This document shows positions 47,089 to 61,110 of a stretch of 64,000 nucleotides of DNA, piece after piece. The translations under genes were made by a program, and so were the position numbers. Every line of letters begins with the position of its first letter. Position 1 is the first letter of the stretch. This DNA is from the human T2T-CHM13v2.0 reference genome, Homo sapiens, in NCBI RefSeq assembly GCF_009914755.1, contig NC_060946.1. The stretch is one strand, 5' to 3'. A model generated the notes under the pieces. That model was not told where the DNA came from, made no database searches, and saw only the letters and a program-made list of their open reading frames with translations.

Positions 47089-47860
47089 CCTCTCTCTCTC
47101 TCTCCCCCTCCCCACCCCCACCCCCCCATCCCTTTCCCTCCCTCCCTCCTTAAGATGGAATATCCATCTTCTCCTGCCCTTCCTTGGATATCGGAGCTCC
47201 TGGTTCTTGTGTCTTCAGACTCTGGGACTTACCCCAGTACCCCATCCACCATCCCCATCCCCAGTCAGTTCTCAGGTGTCAGCTTCAAACCTGGACTGAA
47301 TTATTCTGCTGCCAGCTTTCCTGATTCTCCAGCTTGCAGATGGCAGAGATCATGGGACTTCTTGGCCTCCCTAATCACATGAGCCAACTCCCATAATAAC
47401 TCTCCCCTTATAAACATATATCTTATTGGTTCTGTTTCTCCAGGGAACCTTAACTAATACAGTATGTCACTCCACTATTAGACTACAAAAGACTGCAACT
47501 GCTGTCTGTCTCGCTTGCTCACTCTCTCTCTCTTCATTTATTCCAGGAGAAGTTAAATGCAATGCTATGAGCAGCCCTATAGAGAGGCCTATGTGGCGAG
47601 GTCTGAGTCTCTATCCACAGCCATGTTAGGGAAACTTCTTGGAAGCAGATTCACTGGCCCCAGTCCAGTCTCTGGTAATCACAGCCCAGCCTACATCCTG
47701 ACAAAAACCTCGGGCAGGATCTTGAGTTGGAACCACCTAGATAAGCTGCTCCTGGATTCCTGATCCTCAGAAACGGTGTGAATAATTAAGCCCTGGGTAA
47801 TTTATCACAGAGTCACAGGTAAGTAATTCACATGCATTATATTTCTACTGAGCAGCATTG
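46400..47860. mobile_element. Nested repeats: MER33 DNA transposon containing an MLT1 LTR (~46677-47831), which contains an MLT2 LTR (~46821-47461) with an internal (CT)n
   Basis: MER33 motif GTGCTGTAAGTGTAAAATACAC...GCATTATATTTCTA is split around an MLT1-like CCCTCCCACATTG...GGATTCCTGATCCTCAGAAAC, itself split around MLT2 GTCAGCTTGACTGGGCTAAGG...TGGTTCTGTTTCTC...ACTAATACA. Confidence 0.75.
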
Positions 47861-47903
47861 ATCTCAAGCTAAAAACAAACAAAAAAAAACAGCAAGCCTC
47901 TAG

Positions 47904-48090
47904 AGCAGACATTCTTAACCGTAGCTGCACATTAGAATCACCTAGAGAACTTTCTTTAAATTACTGCCGCTGGGGAACCACCCCAAACCAACTGAATCAG
48001 GAGGACTCCAGGGGGAGAGACCTGGCACTGGTATTTTTTTTAAGTTACCCAGGTGATATTAATGTGCAGCCAGGGTTGGGGTCACGCTCT
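47904..48090. mobile_element. MER5A-like DNA transposon
   Basis: GCTGCACATTAGAATCACCT...CCCAGGTGATATTAATGTGCAGCCAGGGTTG. Confidence 0.7.
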
Positions 48091-48477
48091 AAGGAAACAC
48101 TTCTCAAATGTCACAGTACTTAATTCCACGTATCACCTAGGGCTTTGCCACTCAATGGGTGCAGGCAAATTACCTGGCCGCTTGTTAGAAATGCCAGGTC
48201 TAACCAAACAAGCGTACAGAATCAGAGTCTGCACTTTCAATAAGACTCTGGAAAATTTCAATGCACATTGAAGTTTCAGAAGCAGGGATTTAGGGTATCA
48301 CTTTGAAACTGGACCTCAGAAATCTCACCCTCCAAATTCCTGCTAAGGGTAACCATCCCCAGAATATGTTCTCCCTGAAAGATGTATTAGCTTGAAGTTG
48401 TGTGTGAGCTCTCTCCCCAAAGGATTCTGACATAATTAGTGTGGGTGGGGCCCAGCCACAGAGAATTTATGGGGGTT

Positions 48478-48775
48478 TGTGTGGTTTTTCTTGAGACATG
48501 GTCTCACTCTGTCACCCAGGCTGGAGTACAGTGGCACAATCATGGCTCACTGCAGCCTCAACTTCCCGAACTCAACCATCCTCCTGCCTCAACCTCCCCA
48601 GTAGTTAGGACCACAGAAGCGTGCCACCATGCCTGGCTGATTTTTCTCTATTTTTTTGTAGAAATGGGGTCTCACTATGTTGCTTAGGCTGCTCTTGAAC
48701 TCCTGGGCTCAAGTGATCCTCCCACTTTGGCCTCCCAAAGTGCTGGGATTATAGGGATGAGCCACTGTGCCCAGC
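48478..48775 (-). mobile_element. Alu (AluJ-like)
   Basis: Diverged reverse Alu with CACAATCATGGCTCACTGCAGCCTC and CTCCTGGGCTCAAGTGATCC. Confidence 0.9.
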
Positions 48776-50936
48776 TTTGTGAACATTTTCCCTGGGTGAT
48801 TCTAAGCTGCAGAATCACCTAGCTGGGGCCTTGGAAGCCACCATCCTGAGTGAGCATAAGACAGGACTGAGCCCTCCATCAGTCCTTTCTCTGGGTCTCT
48901 CATCTCGCCACTACAAGTCTAAGTCAAGAGATTAAACATGAACTCTACAAGCCAACTGTCCCATCTAGGACTTTTCTGAAGAAACAGCCATTTCTTCCAA
49001 CTCTAGAGAAGAAAAACTTGCCACCTGGGACTTCCCCAGAGCCAATGCACACATCTCAGTAAGGTACTTACCTAAGGGACTTCCTGGAGTACTGTAATTC
49101 TAACGTTCATAACCTTGAGTCACATCCTTGAAAATGAATCCCCAACAAGATGCAATATGACTATATAGCAAGATTTAAGTTTTATATTGATTATTGTGCC
49201 ACTTCCAAACCAAACCCCTTTTCACACAGCTAACAGTGGCCGCAGTTTAAGAATTGTTTTACTTCTTTATTCATTTGTTTTGGGTTTTTTTCTGACATTA
49301 TTTATCAAACCAAGAATGAAGGACAAAATCCACAGCTACTCAAATTAAAATGAACTAAAAGCCAGTTTTAATTTTCCGACAACCCCATCAACAGTGGTAA
49401 TGGAGTGTACCCAAGGTGTCTCTCAGCATTTCAAGAGTTTCTCAAAAAAGCAATTTTCAGCAATTTGCAAGTTCCATTCCCCTTTTCTCAACAGCCCCAT
49501 CTTTTGAGATGCAACCATGAATTAATAGCCTTAAGCATGGCAATACCAAGGGTTAAGATGGGAGACATATTATCACTCTGTCTGTGGGTGAAAATCACCA
49601 TCCTAAATTTAGTAATAAATAAGAAAGGCTAACTGTAATACAATTTACAGCACTGACTCCTTCAAACTACTTACCATAGTTTGTAACTATTTTATCACTT
49701 CTCTATTTGTTTATCATTAGTGTCCTCTCTGATCTATGACCACATCAGGAGCCATGTCGGTCTGGTTCAATATATCTCTCCTACTTAGTGTAGTGTCTGA
49801 CACATAGTAGGCACCAAAAGAATGTTTGCTGAATGAAGGGTTGAGCGGATAATTTCCCCAGATTCATGCCATGTGCTAATGCTTAGTGCTTTATAAATCC
49901 ATTGGTGAAAGTTTGTCTACTCAGCTTGACACATCTGTTCATAAGGAGATGATCTATGGTAAATTAGTTCTACTCCAGAGCAGTTTAAATGGGACCCTGA
50001 AAATCCTACGCCAACCCTGACATTCTGTTCTTCAGACATTATTATGACTAACTTGAAATATGTGATATAAATGGAGGCTTTTAACCATCATACACAACTC
50101 AAGGTCCAAGCAGCCTGAACATAACCACCCAGAGGGATGTGAGTCCACTTTGAGTCAAGTCCAGACTCTCTGGTTGCTAAACCCTGAAAGGGTTTTGTTC
50201 TATGTTCTATGTTGTGCTCTGAGCATTGTAACTCTCTCCAGGATCTGCCCAGCCTGCAGGGAGGAACCAGATCTCTTTCCCAAGCAAGGGGGCTTAGAAC
50301 TCGGCAGGCTTCAAATGTTCTCAACAAAATCTGGGGTGAAAAAGAATCAGTCAAACATGAGCTCAGAATGACAGACTAAAGTATCTTGGTTTCCCTAGGA
50401 AGCCATGTCAAATGCAGATCTCAAGGGCAAATAAATAATACAAGGACTAAGGGTCCACTGAGAACTACTGATGCTCTCACCAGATCATCCCCATGATAGG
50501 CTATCTTCCTTTCATTGTCCCTGATCCTTCAGCACATATGACCTAGCCCTCTTCTGCTCAGGAAGACAGTATCACATAATCTCAGATACACACAGAGGGT
50601 CAGTCCCTGGAAAAAATGTTCTAGAGGGAAGTAGTAGAGAGTAGTAACCCTACAGGCCTCAAATCTCTCAACAACCAACCCAGTGAGATCTTCACAGAGA
50701 TGTTTCTTTGAAAGCTCTTTCTTAAAACTTAGGACGGAAAAATAATTCAGAAAAGAGTTGTGGAGTGGTGGAAACAACTTGAGATTGGGCGATAGAAAGA
50801 TTGGGTTAAAGCTGGGACTCTGCCTCCTGCTAGGAGATAATGGAGAGACTTTGAGTGAGTCACTTGCCTCAGTGGGCTTCAGTTTCTTTAACTGTGCAAC
50901 AGGGATTATAACTCCCACTTCCAATGGAAGCTGTGT

Positions 50937-51131
50937 GTCAAATGCCATAATACAATGGGCTTAGGACATAGCCCAACTGTAAACAAATGTGAAGGCATGC
51001 TGTAGGATAAACAAAGGGCAGACACTCAAGAAGGGTCAAATGCCAAAATACAACGTGCTTAGGACATAGTCCAATTGTAAACAAATGTGAAGGCATGCTG
51101 TAGGATAAACAGAGGGCAGACACTCAAGAAG
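50937..51131. repeat. Tandem duplication, 2 copies, 98-bp period
   Basis: GTCAAATGCCA.AATACAA...GACACTCAAGAAG at 50937-51033 and 51035-51131, with few mismatches. Confidence 0.95.
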
Positions 51132-51600
51132 CGGCTTTCCCTTCCTTCTCTTCTTCCTTTCTACCTTCTCCCATGAACTGCAGGAGGTAATTAGTCCATG
51201 TCTCCCATTGCTCAGGAAGTGCTAATGCCCCATACATGCAGTCACATGCCTTTTCTGGCACCATCTTCTGACAAGAAAAACCATTTTGTCTGTCACACGC
51301 ACCTTGAAGCAGATACCATTGGTCACACCCCCCAAACAGCAATTACCTGTCTTCTTCTGGCTGACAAACCCCAATTTTTCCCAGGAACTAAGCTCCAGAG
51401 AGTGGTAAGGAAAGCTGTCCCACTGCATAGTCCAAGGGAGCAAATGCTGAGTAATTCAACTTGTAATGGTAATTGCATTATATCTGCCAGCAACTGGTTT
51501 AAGTGGGGACATGTGACACAATCCTGGCCAATGGGAAATAAAGGGAACTTGTTAGAAGACTTCTAGGAAAGGTTTTTCTCTATGATAAAAACAGTGAGAA

Positions 51601-54600
51601 CAAAATGAATAAAATACTTAGGAATACAGCTAACCATGGAGGTGAAAGATCTCTACAATGAGAATTTAAAAACACTGCTTAAAAAAATGAGAGATAACAC
51701 AAACAAATGAAAAACAGTTCATGCTCATGGATAGGAAGAATCAATATTATTAAAATGGCCATACTACCCAAAGCAATTTACAGATTCAATGCTATTTCTA
51801 TCAAACTACCAATGACATTCTTCACAGCATTAGAAAAAAACTATTTTAAAATTCATATGGAATCAAAAGAGAGCTCAAATAGCCAAGGCAATTCTAAGCA
51901 AAAATAACAAAGCTGGAGGCATCACACTACCCAACTTTAAACTATACTACAAGGCTACAGTTGCCAAAACAGCATGGTACTGGTACAAATACAGACCCAC
52001 AGACCAATGGAATAGAATAGAGAGCCTAGAAATAAAACTGTACTCCTAGAGCCATCTGATCTTCAACAAAGCCAACAAAACAGGCAGTGGGTAAAGGACT
52101 TCCTATTCAATAAATGGTGTTACGGGATCCTTGGGGTGTCACTTTGCCAGCTGGAAACCACTGGGCCCACTTGTCCTGGCAGGTTGTGCTAAGTTTGCAC
52201 TACTGGCCTAGATCCCATGCTTGCCAAGGACAAGTGGAGTGGTGAGGGCTGTGTGAGCAAGTAAGCATGGGTTGTGTCCCATGTGCACAGCCAGGCACAC
52301 TGGCTGTGGCAAGGCAAGCAGCTCTAGGTGCTGGCATGGGTGCCAGCTCCTTGTAAGGCTGTGGCTGGACCAGGTGTCCCACAAGCAGCTTTCACAGCTG
52401 GCACTGGGGAATGTGGTGGCACCCAGAAGCTTGGAGACACCAGGAACCTCAGAGCCCCAAAGAGGGTGTCACAGCCCTGGCTCAGGGAGCATCTAGGTCC
52501 AGGCTCCCCAAATGTCCACAGCTCTTCTCTCCTCGTCACCTGCAACGTGATGAGCAAGGGGCGTGTTTCAGCCCATTTGTGTTACAGTTCTTTCAGCCCT
52601 GCCATTCAGCAGGTCCAGAGTTCTTGTCCCATGCCCAGAAAGAATGAGGTATGTGCAAAGTGGAGGGTGAGCAATGCAAAAAGGAGATTTACTGAGCAAT
52701 AGAGTAGCTCAGAGGAGACTTGCAGTGGGTAGCTCCTCTCTGCAGCCAGGATGTTCTGATGACTGTTCAGCTGTCAGCAGAGAGGAGACCCTGGAGTGGA
52801 TAGCTCCTCTCTAAAGCTGGTTGTCCCATCATCTCAGCTCTCAGCAGAGAGGAGACCTTGGGGTGGGTAGCTCCTCTTTGCAGCTGGTTGTCCCATCTTC
52901 TCTCTAAATCTGGCCGAGTCTGGGGTTTTTATGAGCTTCAAAGGGAAGGAAGTACGTGCTGATTGGTCCATGGGTGGGCCCAGAAAAAGCACAAGTTCCC
53001 ACTCTGGTTCATAGGGCTGGCAGCCCAGCCCCTAGGCTTCAGGGCTTCCTCAGCTTGAAGGTGAGGCTTCACCAGAGACCCGTCCCTTTCTGCTCAGAAG
53101 CCTGTCTGCCTCCTGCTGCTGTTCATGACACTCATGCTGTTGGTGCTGAGGGGTGCCTGCAGGCCAGCACTGAGCTACCCTCAGACCCTCCTCGGCTTCC
53201 CTCCCATGCTCATTAGCACCCAAAATCTAGAGCAGGCCAAGGCGGCAGGGGGCTGGCATGTCAGCACTGTCCCCAGCATGCACATACCCAGCCAGGTTGT
53301 GACAGCACCCTGGCTTGTCCTCAACTTTTCTCCGAGATTAGAGCAGGCACCAGGAACAGGGAGAGGCCAGGCAGTGGAAGCAGGCATTTTCAAACCTGCA
53401 GAGCAGGTGCTGGGGGCGGAGAGAGGCCAGGTAGTGGGAGCAGACATTTCTGAGCCTGCAGGGGCAGGGGGACCTGAGAATGCAGAGATGCCTGGGTCCA
53501 CAGCCGCAGTTTGGGTGGCTGAAGCTGTGCCTGGGAAGGTGCCTGCTACTACCTCCCAAAAGCACAGGGACGCCTGGGTCTTCAGCTGGAGCTGTGTGGC
53601 CACAGCTGTGTCCAGGGAATGCGAAGCTCCCACCCTGCCAACTCCGAAAGGGGAGGGTCTGCTGCCTGTTCCCAATCCCACTGGCTCCATGGAGTGCACA
53701 GCCCTGGCTGCACCTCTCCCACTGCAGCCGGCATCATGGCAGTGGTCACTCTAGACAGGCCACCACTGCCATCACTGGGATAACTGATTAGCTATATGTA
53801 GAAGATTGAAACTGGACCCTTTCCTTACACCATATACAAAAATCAACTTAAGATGGATTAAAGATTTAAATGTAAAGCCTAAAACTATAAAAACCCTGGA
53901 AGATAACCTAGGAAATACCATTCTGTACATAACCCCTGCCAAAGATTTCATGACAAAGACACCAATAGCAATTGCAAGGAAAACAAAAATTAACAAATAG
54001 GACCTAATTCAACTCAAGTGCTTCTACACAGTAAAAGAGGCTATCAACAGAGTAAACAGAAAATCTACAGAATTGAAGAAAATATTTGCAAACTATACAT
54101 CTCACAAAGGTCTAATATCCAGAACCTATAAGGAATTTAAACAAATTAATAAGCAAAAAACAAACAACCCCATTAAAAAATGGGCAAAGGACATGAACAG
54201 ACACGTTTCAAAAGAAGACATACGCATGGTCAACAAACATATAAAAAATGCTCAACATCACTAATTGTTAGAGAAATGCAAATCAAAACCACAATAAGAT
54301 ACCATCTCACACCAGTCAGAATGGCCATTATAAAAAAAAAGTAAAAAAAATAACAGATGCTGGCAAGGCTGCCGAGAAAAGGGAATGCTTATACACAGCT
54401 GGTGGGAATGTAAATTAGTTCAGCCATTGTGGAGAGCAGTTTGGAGATTTCTCAGAGAACTTAAAACAGAAGTAACATTCAATCCGGCAATCCTATTATT
54501 GGGTATAGATCCAAAGGAATATAAATCATTCTACCATGAAGACGCATGCACACATATGTTCATCACAGTACTATTCACAACAGCAGCATCAAGTAATCTA

Positions 54601-55037
54601 CCTAAATGCCCATCAACAGTAAACTGGATAAAGAGAAGATGGTGCATACACAGCATGGAATACTATGCAGCCATAAAAAAGGAAGACGATCATGTCCTTT
54701 GGCAGCAACATGGATAGAGCTGAAGGCCACAATCCTAAGCAATGTAACACAGGAACAGAAAACCTAATATCTCATGTTCTCACTTATGAGAGGGAGCTAA
54801 ACACTGAGCACACATGGACACAAAGAAGGGAACAACAGACACCAGGGCCTGCTTGAGAGTGGAGGGTAGGAGGAGGGAGAGGATGGAAAAATTATCTATT
54901 GGGTACTACGCTTATTACCTGGGTGACAAAATAATCTGAACACCAAACCCCATGACACACAATTCACTAATTTGTTAATAACAAACCTGCACATGTACCC
55001 CCAAACCTAAAATAAAAGTTAAAAAAATAAATAAAAA
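51601..55037 (+). mobile_element. 5'-truncated older L1 (L1PA/L1PB) ORF2 3' part and 3'UTR, interrupted by a MER52-type LTR
   Basis: ORF2 peptides [38 protein letters not shown] and [13 protein letters not shown]; AATAAAA plus A tail. L1 sequence ...TAAATGG | CTGGGATAACTG... is continuous across the LTR. Confidence 0.9.
52118..53774 (-). mobile_element. MER52-type ERV1 solo LTR, about 1.66 kb
   Basis: Termini TGTTACGGGATCCTTGGGGTGTC... and ...CACCACTGCCATCA; GC-rich body with internal GCAGAGAGGAGACC repeats. Confidence 0.8.
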
Positions 55038-55152
55038 GAATGAAGAAAGGCAAGTCTTATCCTCCCACCTTGGAAAGGTTTGTGTGAGGCCTGGACCTGC
55101 AGCAACTATCTACCAGCCATGTCAGGCAAGCTTAAAGATAAAACCAGTGCAA

Positions 55153-56325
<1,173 letters not shown>

Positions 56326-56755
56326 ATAGGATATATTAAACCAATGCACTGGGGATGACAGAGAAGAAAGATGGAAGTGCTTAGTTCTTCACATTGTTTT
56401 CATGCCTGAACTAAGCCACTCTGCATCCTCCTACCTACACACGTGATTATGTGAATTAACAAACCCCCATTGTTTAAGCCTCTTCAAGTTGGGTATTTGA
56501 TCACTTGCAGCCAAGATCATTCTGATCCACACTCCCTCCCATACTCAAACACACACAGCCTATAACTTGCCTCCACTTTACTTGGGTTCCCAATGACTCC
56601 TTAACTTGTAGTTTGGTTGATGGTAGAGCCATCACTCACAAAAATGCCCATGGCTCTTTTACTGCCTGTGGGATAAAATTCATATCTGGAAAAATCCAAG
56701 TGTGTTCTCTCACCTGGCCTCTCTCTAGCTTATTATTTTGTTTTACTTATAACAT

Positions 56756-57167
56756 TGTCACTACAAAAGTAAATTAAAGTGGAGAATACCTGAGCAGACA
56801 AAGCCAGTTAGGCCTCATAAGTGACCTTATCATTGCTTGATTTACAAACACAAGCAAAACTAAACTTAAGCTATTTCTTGTGAATGCCTATATTAATGAA
56901 AAACAGAACCGAAGTCCAACCAAAAAGAAGCCACCAACAAACTTACATAACTAGGGACTTTTCAATGGAATAGATGAAATAAGGCAACTTTATAACTGTA
57001 ACCAATCAAATATTTTCCTTGTATCACTTCTTCATCTCTCTATAAAAGCCTGTGTCTTCAACAGACCTCCTGAACCACTTCCGCTTTGGAGCTGCCTGAT
57101 TCATGAATTGCTATTTGTTCAAATAAACACTTTAAAATTGTATTGCGCCGCAGTTTATTTTTCAACA
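56756..57167 (+). mobile_element. ERV-type solo LTR (probably ERV1 class; subfamily not assigned)
   Basis: TG...CA termini; ACCAATCA at 57001, TATAAAAG at 57041 and AATAAA at 57122, in U3-R-U5 order. Confidence 0.65.
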
Positions 57168-57457
57168 TCACAAATGGAAATTACATTGGGCATTTATGTG
57201 CTATCAATTTATTATCTGTTTATTATCTATTTTCAATGTAAGTTCCATGAGAATATAGACCTTGCCTCTTTTAACCACAACTGTCTCCTTAGCATAAAGA
57301 TCATGGTCTAGCACATCACAGTGGATGCTTCAAAATTATGTTATGGATGCATAAATGATTGGAGGCCGCAATCCACCTTTCCCACATGCTCTTCCTAAAT
57401 ACTTCTTCATAAAATGAAACCCCTCTCTCATCCATGAAACCGGTAACAGTGCATCAT

Positions 57458-58263
57458 TGTATTAGTCGGTTCTCACATTGCTATAAGGAACTACCTGAGA
57501 CTGGGTAATTTGTGAAGAAAAGAAGTTTAATTGACTCACAGTTCCACATACTGTACAGGAAGCATGGTTGGGGAGGCCTCAGGAAACTTACAATCATGGC
57601 AGAAGGCAAAGTGGAAGCAGGCACATCTTCACATTGCAGAGCAGGAGAGAGAGAGAGAAGGGGGAGGTGCTACACACAGACAGATCTCATAGAACTCTCT
57701 CACAATACAGCACTAGGGGGACGGTGTTAAACCATTAGAAAATACCCCCATGATCTAATCACCTCCCACCAGGCCCCACCTCCAATCCTCCAACATTGGG
57801 AATTACAGTTCAATATGAGATTTGGGGGTGGAAGTGGCAGAGGCAAAAAGAGAGAGGCGATGGAGCCCTTTCTCTCTGCTGGGCCTCGTGCCTGCAGCTG
57901 TGTGCTCACCGTTTCACTTAATCCATTCAACAGCCTGATCAATTAGGTGTCATTAATGCCATTTAACAGCTGAGGAGACATGCCCAGAGAAGTGGAGTGA
58001 TAGGACAGCTAGCCACTAGAAGCAGCAAGATTCAAACCCAGGTGAGTCTGGCTCTGCACCTCACATCCCTCCCACTTTGCTGTAATACCCAGAGACCATC
58101 TGGCTCAGCCCTCTCATTTCACAGGTGAAGAACTGAGCAGCAGCGAGAGAAATTGCCAGAGTTACACCTGTTGTTTTCAGCACCTTGTTTGATTTCCTTT
58201 CATTTTGCCTCTTTCCAAGGTGTGACTGGCCCCTGGACAGGTTAACAGATCCAAACCATATCA
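57458..58263 (-). mobile_element. MST-type MaLR solo LTR interrupted near one end by a 429-bp templated insertion
   Basis: TGTATTAGTC...CTACCTGAGACTGGGTAATTT...CAATATGAGATTTGGG [insert] ACAGATCCAAACCATATCA; TSD ATCAT/ACCAT. Confidence 0.88.
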
Positions 58264-59407
58264 ACCATGCATGCCTCAATGTGTCCCTGCTCCAAGTCTT
58301 TGTTCCTACAGTTATCACCACATGACCTACTCATTCTTTGGTGCCCAGTTCAAATTCTGCTTCTGAGAGTCAGTAGGGGACACTAGAAAGATCAAGGTAA
58401 TTGACTCAGCATGGAACACTAGCTGTGCCACTACATAGCTGTGGGACCCTGGGCACATTACTTAAAGCCTCTGAAGCTTAGTTGCTTCACTGTAAAACAG
58501 GGCTAAGATATCTACCTTAGCAGAGTTTATTTGCTTGTGAGTTTTACAGTAGATTCAATAAGACAATTCAGAAAAGGGACTTATATATGATGGCCCCTCT
58601 CCTTCCTTTGTTGTTCCTCCTCTTCAAAACTTTCATTAATCCAACAGCCACTCAATCTCTGACTTCTCTGACCACCCACAAGATTCCATCACGGACCATT
58701 GATACTTCCTGCCTTGTGTCACTGTACGTCTGCAGCCATGTCCCCCTTCCTCCCACCCCACCCCACCCCCACCCCAGAATGTAAGTCCCTCAGGGCAGGG
58801 GCCATATCTCTTTCATCTACATCTCCAGAGTGTTTGGCACATAGTAGATGCTCAAGAAATATTCATGGAATGAGCATACATGTGAGTGATAAAAGAATTG
58901 AAGTCAGTAACGTCAGGATTATGGCTAATCATGGGAGAGAGGGGAGTAAGCGTCCGGGTCCACACCACAGAAGGGTGTTCTGTTAACCTGTCCAGGGGCC
59001 AGTCACACCTTGGAAAGAGGCAAAATGAAAGGAAATCAAACAAGGTGCTGAAAACAACAGGTGTAACTCTGGCAATTTCTCTCGCTGCTGCTCAGTTCTT
59101 CACCTGTGAAATGAGAGGGCTGAGCCAGATGGTCTCTGGGTATTACAGCAAAGTGGGAGGGATGTGAGGTGCAGAGCCAGACTCACCTGAGTTTGAATCT
59201 TGCTGCTTCTAGTGGCTAGCTGTCCTATCACTCCACTTCTCTGGGCATGTCTCCTCAGCTGTTAAATGGCATTAATGACACCTAATTGATCAGGCTGTTG
59301 AATGGATTAAGTGAAACGGTGAGCACACAGCTGCAGGCACGAGGTCCAGCAGAGAGAAAGGGCTCCATCGCCTCTCTCTTTTTGCCTCTGCCACTTCCAC
59401 CCCCAAA
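57821..59407. repeat. Inverted repeat pair: 57821-58249 and 58979-59407 (429 bp each, 729-bp spacer)
   Basis: Direct reverse-complement match with only two mismatches noticed. Identical peptides appear on opposite strands in the ORF track (MIRLLNGLSET…, …KVLKTTGVTLAISL…). Confidence 0.97.
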
Positions 59408-59723
59408 GATCCTGTCCTTGCTCTTGACCAAGCATCTCAAGTACCCATCAGAGCTTCCTCTGCCCTGAGTGTAAGGAACCTTGTCCTCTCATCCAACAAC
59501 CCCTTCCATGGACCAATGGTGGGCCTGACTTCTAGGGGACTCTGGCCTCTTCACTGCAAAAGTCAACAAACTGGTTCATTTGTCTCCTGGCAGGAAAACT
59601 CCCCTGTCCAGCCCTAGGAAAGGGATAGGTCTAAGCAGGGTCATGTGACTCCCTCTGGCCACAGAATGTGAGCAGAAGGTCTATCAACCACTTCCACTTC
59701 TGACTCATCAAAATTTCTCCTTT

Positions 59724-60000
59724 CAACAGAAAACCAAATACTGAATGTTCTCACTCATAGGTGGGAGTTGAACAATGAGAACACATGGACACAGGGAGGG
59801 GGAAAATACACACTGGGGCCAGTCAAGGGGTTGGGGGCAAGGGGAGGGAGAGCATTAGGACAAATACCTAATGCACGCAGGACTTAAACCTAGATGATGG
59901 GGTGATAGGTACAGCAAAGCACCAAGGCACATGTATACCTATGTAACAAACCTGCACATTCTGCACATGTATCCCAGAACTTAAAATTAAAAAAAAAAAA
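59724..60000 (+). mobile_element. 5'-truncated L1PA 3' end
   Basis: AACAGAAAACCAAA...GTTCTCACTCATAGGTGGGAGTTGAAC...CCCAGAACTTAAA plus poly-A; TSD AAA(T)TTCTCCTTT. Confidence 0.92.
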
Positions 60001-60659
60001 TTCTCCTTTGCTGTCTCCCTTTCCCCAGAAAACTTGGAGCCTATGATTGGAGAATGGTGGCATCACTGTTTGAAAGGAATCTGGGTCCCTAAATGACTAC
60101 ATTAGAATGTGATGTGGGTGAGCTATTATGCTCCCAAGACTATAGGGTTTACTTGCTACTACAGCAGAGCCTATTCCCCCCCTAACTAAATCAGACAGCC
60201 TGACACTTCCAAGGGGCACAGCTCCTAAAATGGGGCATCTTTACCTGTTCCCTCTCTCAGGGTGAGTCCCTCTCTCTCCTGACTCACTCTTCTCAGGGAG
60301 TGGAGACCAACGTTCCCTATCCTTCACCTCCCACCCCTGCCCTCTATGAGAAGATCTAGATTCTAACATCCAAATTTACATTCACAGTCTCTGCCAGGGT
60401 ATCCATCCCTCCTGTGCAAATTGGCTCCTTGTGGCCAGCATGGCATCATGGACATCCCCAGGGGAGTACTGTGATCAGGCCCTGCCATCACATTTTCTGT
60501 ACCTCCTTGGTCTGGACCTCAGTTTCCCCATATCAGAAAGCCCTGGAATGCTTTTCCTGATCTGATATTTGCAAGCCATGGAAAGCACATCTGAGAGCAA
60601 ATGAATGCCTAAGGCTGACAGCCAGCAGACTGCACCTCAGCCCAGCCTCCCCCACACAT

Positions 60660-61110
60660 GACCACAGGCTCTCCTGGCTGAGTAAACATGTTTTATTGGG
60701 CCTGGGTACACTTCCTGGCCATTCTGCTCCCACCTTCCCTTCCCCTGCTCTGGCCAGTTCCCCAGCACAGCCCCTCCCTGGGGCCTCCAATACCTGTCCT
60801 TCAGATCCCCACTGCCTCCTGCCACTTTTCTACCCTGACACCTGCATCCCCAGCCTTAAGGGGCGTGGAGAGTTTTTCTCTTATCAGCCTGTTTTACTGC
60901 CCCCTCCTCCTTGGTTACACAGTAATTTGGAGCAAAATTCCAGGCAAGGACAGATCAACAACTGTCAGCTCCCAGTCAGAGAGAAAGGGCCTCTTCAGTC
61001 TGTCTCAGGAGACTGGGAGAAACAGCATAAAGGACCCCACAAGGAAGGGAGAGGTACCCTGGGTCAGGCGCTTGTGGAGAGAGGGCTTCGCATGTAAAGT
61101 GACGTCAGGG
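60660..61110 (+). promoter_or_regulatory. ISX proximal promoter motif cluster (FOX, CDX, GATA, CRE)
   Basis: GTAAACA at 60682-60688, TTTTATTGG at 60691-60699, CTTATCA at 60880-60886 and palindromic TGACGTCA at 61100-61107, immediately upstream of the ISX exon. Confidence 0.55.

Noticed and set aside
53125-53791. Longer ORFs (209 aa +, 172 aa -) in GC-rich sequence
   Set aside because: They lie within a MER52-type LTR. GC richness explains the lack of stops, and no recognisable domain is present.
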